DNA of 64,000 nt from an uncultured Bacillota bacterium (lineage in GTDB: Bacteria; Bacillota; DTU025; MWDF01), in the NCBI GenBank assembly GCA_963823655.1, contig CAWGMK010000010.1, positions 32,001-96,000 of the forward strand, given 5' to 3'. The position numbers were made by a program, and so were the translations under genes. This document shows, piece by piece, positions 60,401-64,000 of this stretch (position 1 is the stretch's first letter; each line of letters starts with the position of its first letter). The notes beneath the pieces were generated by a model. It saw only the letters and a program-made list of their open reading frames with translations. It searched no databases and was not told the origin of the DNA.

Positions 60401-63039
60401 AGGTCGTGCCCGCGGGCAGGGTGTCGGTCAGGCTCACGCTCTGGGCGGCGTTGGGACCGGCGTTGGCGACGGTGATGGTGTAGGTGAGGTTCGCGCCGGC
60501 GATGACCGGGTCGGGACTGTCGGTCTTGGTGATCGAGAGGTCGGCGGAGGTGGCCACGGTGGTGGTGTCGGTGGCGGTGTTGTTGGCCGGGGTCGGGTCG
60601 GTGGTCGAGCTCGAGACGGTGGCCGTGTTGGCCTGAGGGCCCGCCGGGGTCGAGGCTGGCACCGTGTAGGTGACGACCAGCGTCGTGGTGGCACCGGCCA
60701 GGATGGGCCCGAGGGCACAGTCGAAGCTCGGACCGCCTCCGACGTCGGTGCAGGCGGCGGGCAGCGAGGTGCGCGTGAAACCGGCCGGCCAGGTGTCGGA
60801 GAGGCTCACCGCTTGGGCATTCGAAGGTCCGTTATTGATGACGGTGATGGTGTAGGTGCGCGTGGCGCCGTCACCGGCGGTCACGGTGGCGACTCCGTCG
60901 CTCTTGGTGACGGAGAGGTCGGCGGACGTGGCCACGGTATTGGTGTCGGTGGCGGTGTTGTTCGACGCGTTCGGGTCGCTGGTCGAGCTCGAGACGGTGG
61001 CCGTGTTGGCCTGAGGGCCCGCCGGGGTCGAGGCTGGCACCGTGTAGGTGACGACCAGCGTCGTGGTGGCACCGGCCAGGATGGGCCCGAGGGCACAGTC
61101 GAAGCTCGGACCGCCTCCGACGTCGGTGCAGGCCGCGGGCAGCGAGGTGCGCGTGAAACCGGCCGGCCAGGTGTCGGAGAGGCTCACGCCGGTCGCCGTG
61201 CTGGGCCCCGCGTTGCGCACCGTGATGGTGAAGGTGCGGGTCAGGCCGTCACCGGCGGTCACGGTCGTGACCCCGTCGCTCTTGGTGACCGAGAGGTCGG
61301 CGGATGTGGCCACGGTGGTCGTGGTGGTCGCGCTGTCGTTGGCAGCGTTCGGATCGCTGGTCGCCGCGGAGACGGTGGCCGTGTTGCTGATGACCGTGCC
61401 GGCGGCGACACTCGCCCCGACCTGGACGATGAGCGTGAAGGTCTGGGTGGCACCGGCGGCCAGGCTGGCGATCGTGCAGGTGACGGTGCCGTTGCCCCCC
61501 ACGGCGGGCGTCGTGCAGCTGAAGCCTGCGGGCGCGGCGAGCGAGACGAAGGTCGTGCCCGCGGGCAGGGTGTCGGTCAGGCTCACGCTCTGGGCGGCGT
61601 TGGGACCGGCGTTGGCGACGGTGATGGTGTAGGTGAGGTTCGCGCCGGCGATGACCGGGTCGGGACTGTCGGTCTTGGTGACCGAGAGGTCGGCGCGGAG
61701 CGCCGGATCCAACAGCAGGGTCACAGGCGACGCCGTGCACGACGAGCCGTTGCCCGTGCAGGTGCGTGTGTCGGAGGATTGTGGGACCGAGCTGTAACCC
61801 GGAGCTGATGCCGTCAACGTGACCGTCGCCGGACCGCGCCCGGGGTACGTGACGCTGACCGAGAAGCCCCCGGTGGCGTTGGTGCTGGTCCCCCCACCCG
61901 TATACGACACGGTGGGAGAGTTGTTGCAGCCCGTGCACGTGGCCGTGACGGTTGCGCCGGCGATGAGTGGGGTGCCTGTCGGATAGGTTGCGACCGAGCC
62001 GGTGATCGTGACATTCGATTGCGGCGTGATGATGAGGTCCTCGGCGGCCATCTTGCTGGCGCTGACAGACATGTCATCCGCCGGTCCGACCTGCGCCGTC
62101 GGCTGACCGACTGCGTCCGTGGTCGACTCCGCGGCCGCACCCATGTCAGCCGCCGGCGCTTCGTGGGGAGTCGCGTCGAACACGCTCTTGCCGGCCGTGG
62201 CACCGCCTTGTTCGCGCTGTGCGACGGCGTCACTCGCAGCCGCTGAACGTGCGGCACTGATGGTCAACTCAGCCTTGGCAGTCAACTTGTCGAGCGTGGC
62301 TACGACCTCGGTGGCGCCGATGACGGCCACGGCGGCGAGGCGCACGTCGTTGGCGTCTGGCGCTTCGAACGAGGCGACACCCTCATCCCTGACCGACCAA
62401 CGGACGTCCGTGGCTGGCGAGCATGCGTCGGACTGGCCGGGCTCCTGGTCGGACCCGGGTCCGGCGCCATCGCCGGACGTGGTGCAGAGCCAGGCCGAGA
62501 GCTTGGCCACATCACCCACGACCAGGTCGAGCTTGCGCGGCTGGGAGTCGATGACGAGCTTGCGCTCGGGCTCGGCGGGGGCGACGTCGGGCGCAGGCTC
62601 GACTGGAGCCTGCTCGGCCTTGGGCTCGGCGGCCGGCTCCCGGTCGGGCGCCGTGTCGGGCTTCTGTTCCTTATCGGCCTTCGGTCCCTGTGCCCTGGGC
62701 TCGGGCGCCGGTTCCTGCGTCGTGGGCTCGGGCGCGGCCTCCTGGGCGGGCGCAGCCTGGGGCTCGGGCTCGGACGTTGGGCGGATCGGCGGGAGCCGGT
62801 GCGGGCTCCGAAGCCTGGACCTCCGCGGCAGGGGCGGGCTCCTCGGCGGCCACCTCGGGCTCGGGTGCCGGCGATGGCTCGGCAGCGACAGGCTGGGCAG
62901 AGGCGTCCGCCTCCGCATCCTGGGCGATGACCAGCGCCGGGGTCAGCAACAGCGACGACGTCAGCAGGATGACCTGCAGGACGGCCAGCAGGGCGGCCAG
63001 GCGGTGGACGCGCGGGGACACGGAGGTGCTCGGAGCCAA
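57442..63039 (-). CDS. Large cell-surface protein (~1860 aa) with tandem DUF11-type Ig-like repeats and a C-terminal QPSTDT-TM-basic tail (frameshifted)
   Basis: Signal peptide, Pro/Glu-rich linker, many ADLSVTK..TYTITV.NAGP..LTDTLP..NTATVS..DP..N repeats. Confidence 0.88.
60131..61673 (-). repeat. Near-identical internal domain repeats in A-B-B-A order (393, 378, 378, 393+1 bp)
   Basis: DLS(V/I)TK boundaries at 61674, 61281, 60903, 60525 and 60131. Confidence 0.9.
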
Positions 63040-63253
63040 ATCGCTTCTCCCGTGGAAACCAGCGGTCATCGACGCTGGTGGATGATGACAGACGGAGCGA
63101 ACCGTACCAAGAAAGCCCCGCACGGTTCGCTGCTGGCGCGAGACGATACTCGAGCCACGGCGCTTTCCGCACCGGGCCTGATAGTCCACCGGAGCCGTAG
63201 TACTTTCCCGAGCCCGCGGTCCGCGACGCCTCAGGCCCTCCACCGAGGCCCCG

Positions 63254-63295
63254 AAAAGCCGACGGCCGGGTCCCTGGTGGGAGCCCGGCCGTCGG
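63254..63295 (-). terminator. Intrinsic terminator after the upstream surface-protein gene
   Basis: 12-bp stem CCGACGGCCGGG/CCCGGCCGTCGG followed by CTTTT on the minus strand. Confidence 0.7.
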
Positions 63296-63316
63296 GAGTG
63301 TCGCGATGGATGCTGG

Positions 63317-64000
63317 CTAGATCTCGGAGGTGCGGACCCTCCGGATGACCCAGCCCGCGGACAGGATGACCGTGGCCGACATCAGGATCGATGAGGATCC
63401 AGTTCATCGGGCTGTCGAGCGGACCGCTCGCGGCCGACACGGTGTCGGTCGGGATGAGCGTGTCCGTGGGAGGCTGGCCACCGCCGCCACCGCCACCACC
63501 AGCACCGCCGATCCAACCGATCTCCTCATCATCCTCGGCGCAGACCCTGTCGGACTGGCTCTGGGAGGGACCGGCCACGGCACAGGCCGTGAAAGTATTG
63601 ACGTGCGGGATGGTGTCCTGCGGCGGATCGGCGACCACTTCCGGCTCGACGAAGAACGTCGCTTCGAACTGGCACGAGGCACCCGCCGGCAGCGTCACGC
63701 CGACCTGGCAGTCCGCATCACCCTGGAGGGCTCCGAAGTCGGAGTCGACGAGTGACACGATGCTGACCGGGACCTTCGACGTGTTGGTCACGGTGAAGGT
63801 GAAGGTGACGTCCTCACCCTCGATGTCGGCGATGGGCGTGTCGGCCGTCTTCACGACCGCCAGCTTGATGGCCGGGATGTCGAGGTCGTCGCAGACCTCA
63901 GGGGTCTGGTCGGAGTCGGCGCAGGCGGTGTTCAGGACATCGCCCTTGTCGAGGTCGGCCTGGGTGATGGTGTGGCTGCCGGTGCAGGTGATGCTGGCAC
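63317..64000 (-). CDS. C-terminal part of a second Ig-repeat surface protein with a QPPTDT-TM-basic tail (5' part outside the window)
   Basis: VVKTAD..VTFTFTVTN..SLVDSDFG domain, Gly8 linker, QPPTDTL, stitched WILILMSATVILSAGWVIRRVRTSEI*. Confidence 0.85.

Noticed and set aside
63040-63250. c-di-GMP-I riboswitch
   Set aside because: I could not find the GEMM consensus elements (GGCAAA..GAAA..GCAAAGC).

Overview
High-GC (visually ~70%) bacterial chromosomal segment, most likely Chloroflexota and plausibly Limnocylindria/Ellin6529 (inferred from gene content and Gram-positive-type LexA boxes). Many genes, including essential ones, are broken by single-base indels, so the assembly is probably unpolished long-read sequence and coordinates are stitched across frameshifts. 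Positions 1-36.7 kb are mostly minus-strand housekeeping and DNA-repair genes: gpmI, tpiA, whiA, yvcK, rapZ, tatC, tatA, a TolB-like propeller, recJ, secF, secD, uvrC, uvrA, uvrB, coaE, ABC-F, mutM, polA, an ECF sigma/anti-sigma pair and corA. A UvrD-like helicase and an orphan cpaB lie on the plus strand. The right half holds tRNA-Leu(CAA) with a free-standing double-LAGLIDADG gene behind a LexA-like box, AAC(3), RibD-C, a P-type ATPase, a triple-META protein, dnaE, an HTH plus nuclease-like gene with an IS scar, a GH25 lysozyme, ADH, an acyltransferase and a REC-HD-GYP protein. Best candidate for a new system: a sortase-fold protein with Ser in place of the catalytic Cys (LILQTSEGP) beside two tandem Ig-repeat surface proteins that share a non-LPxTG C-terminal signal (Gly-rich, QP[S/P]TDTL, TM helix, basic tail).
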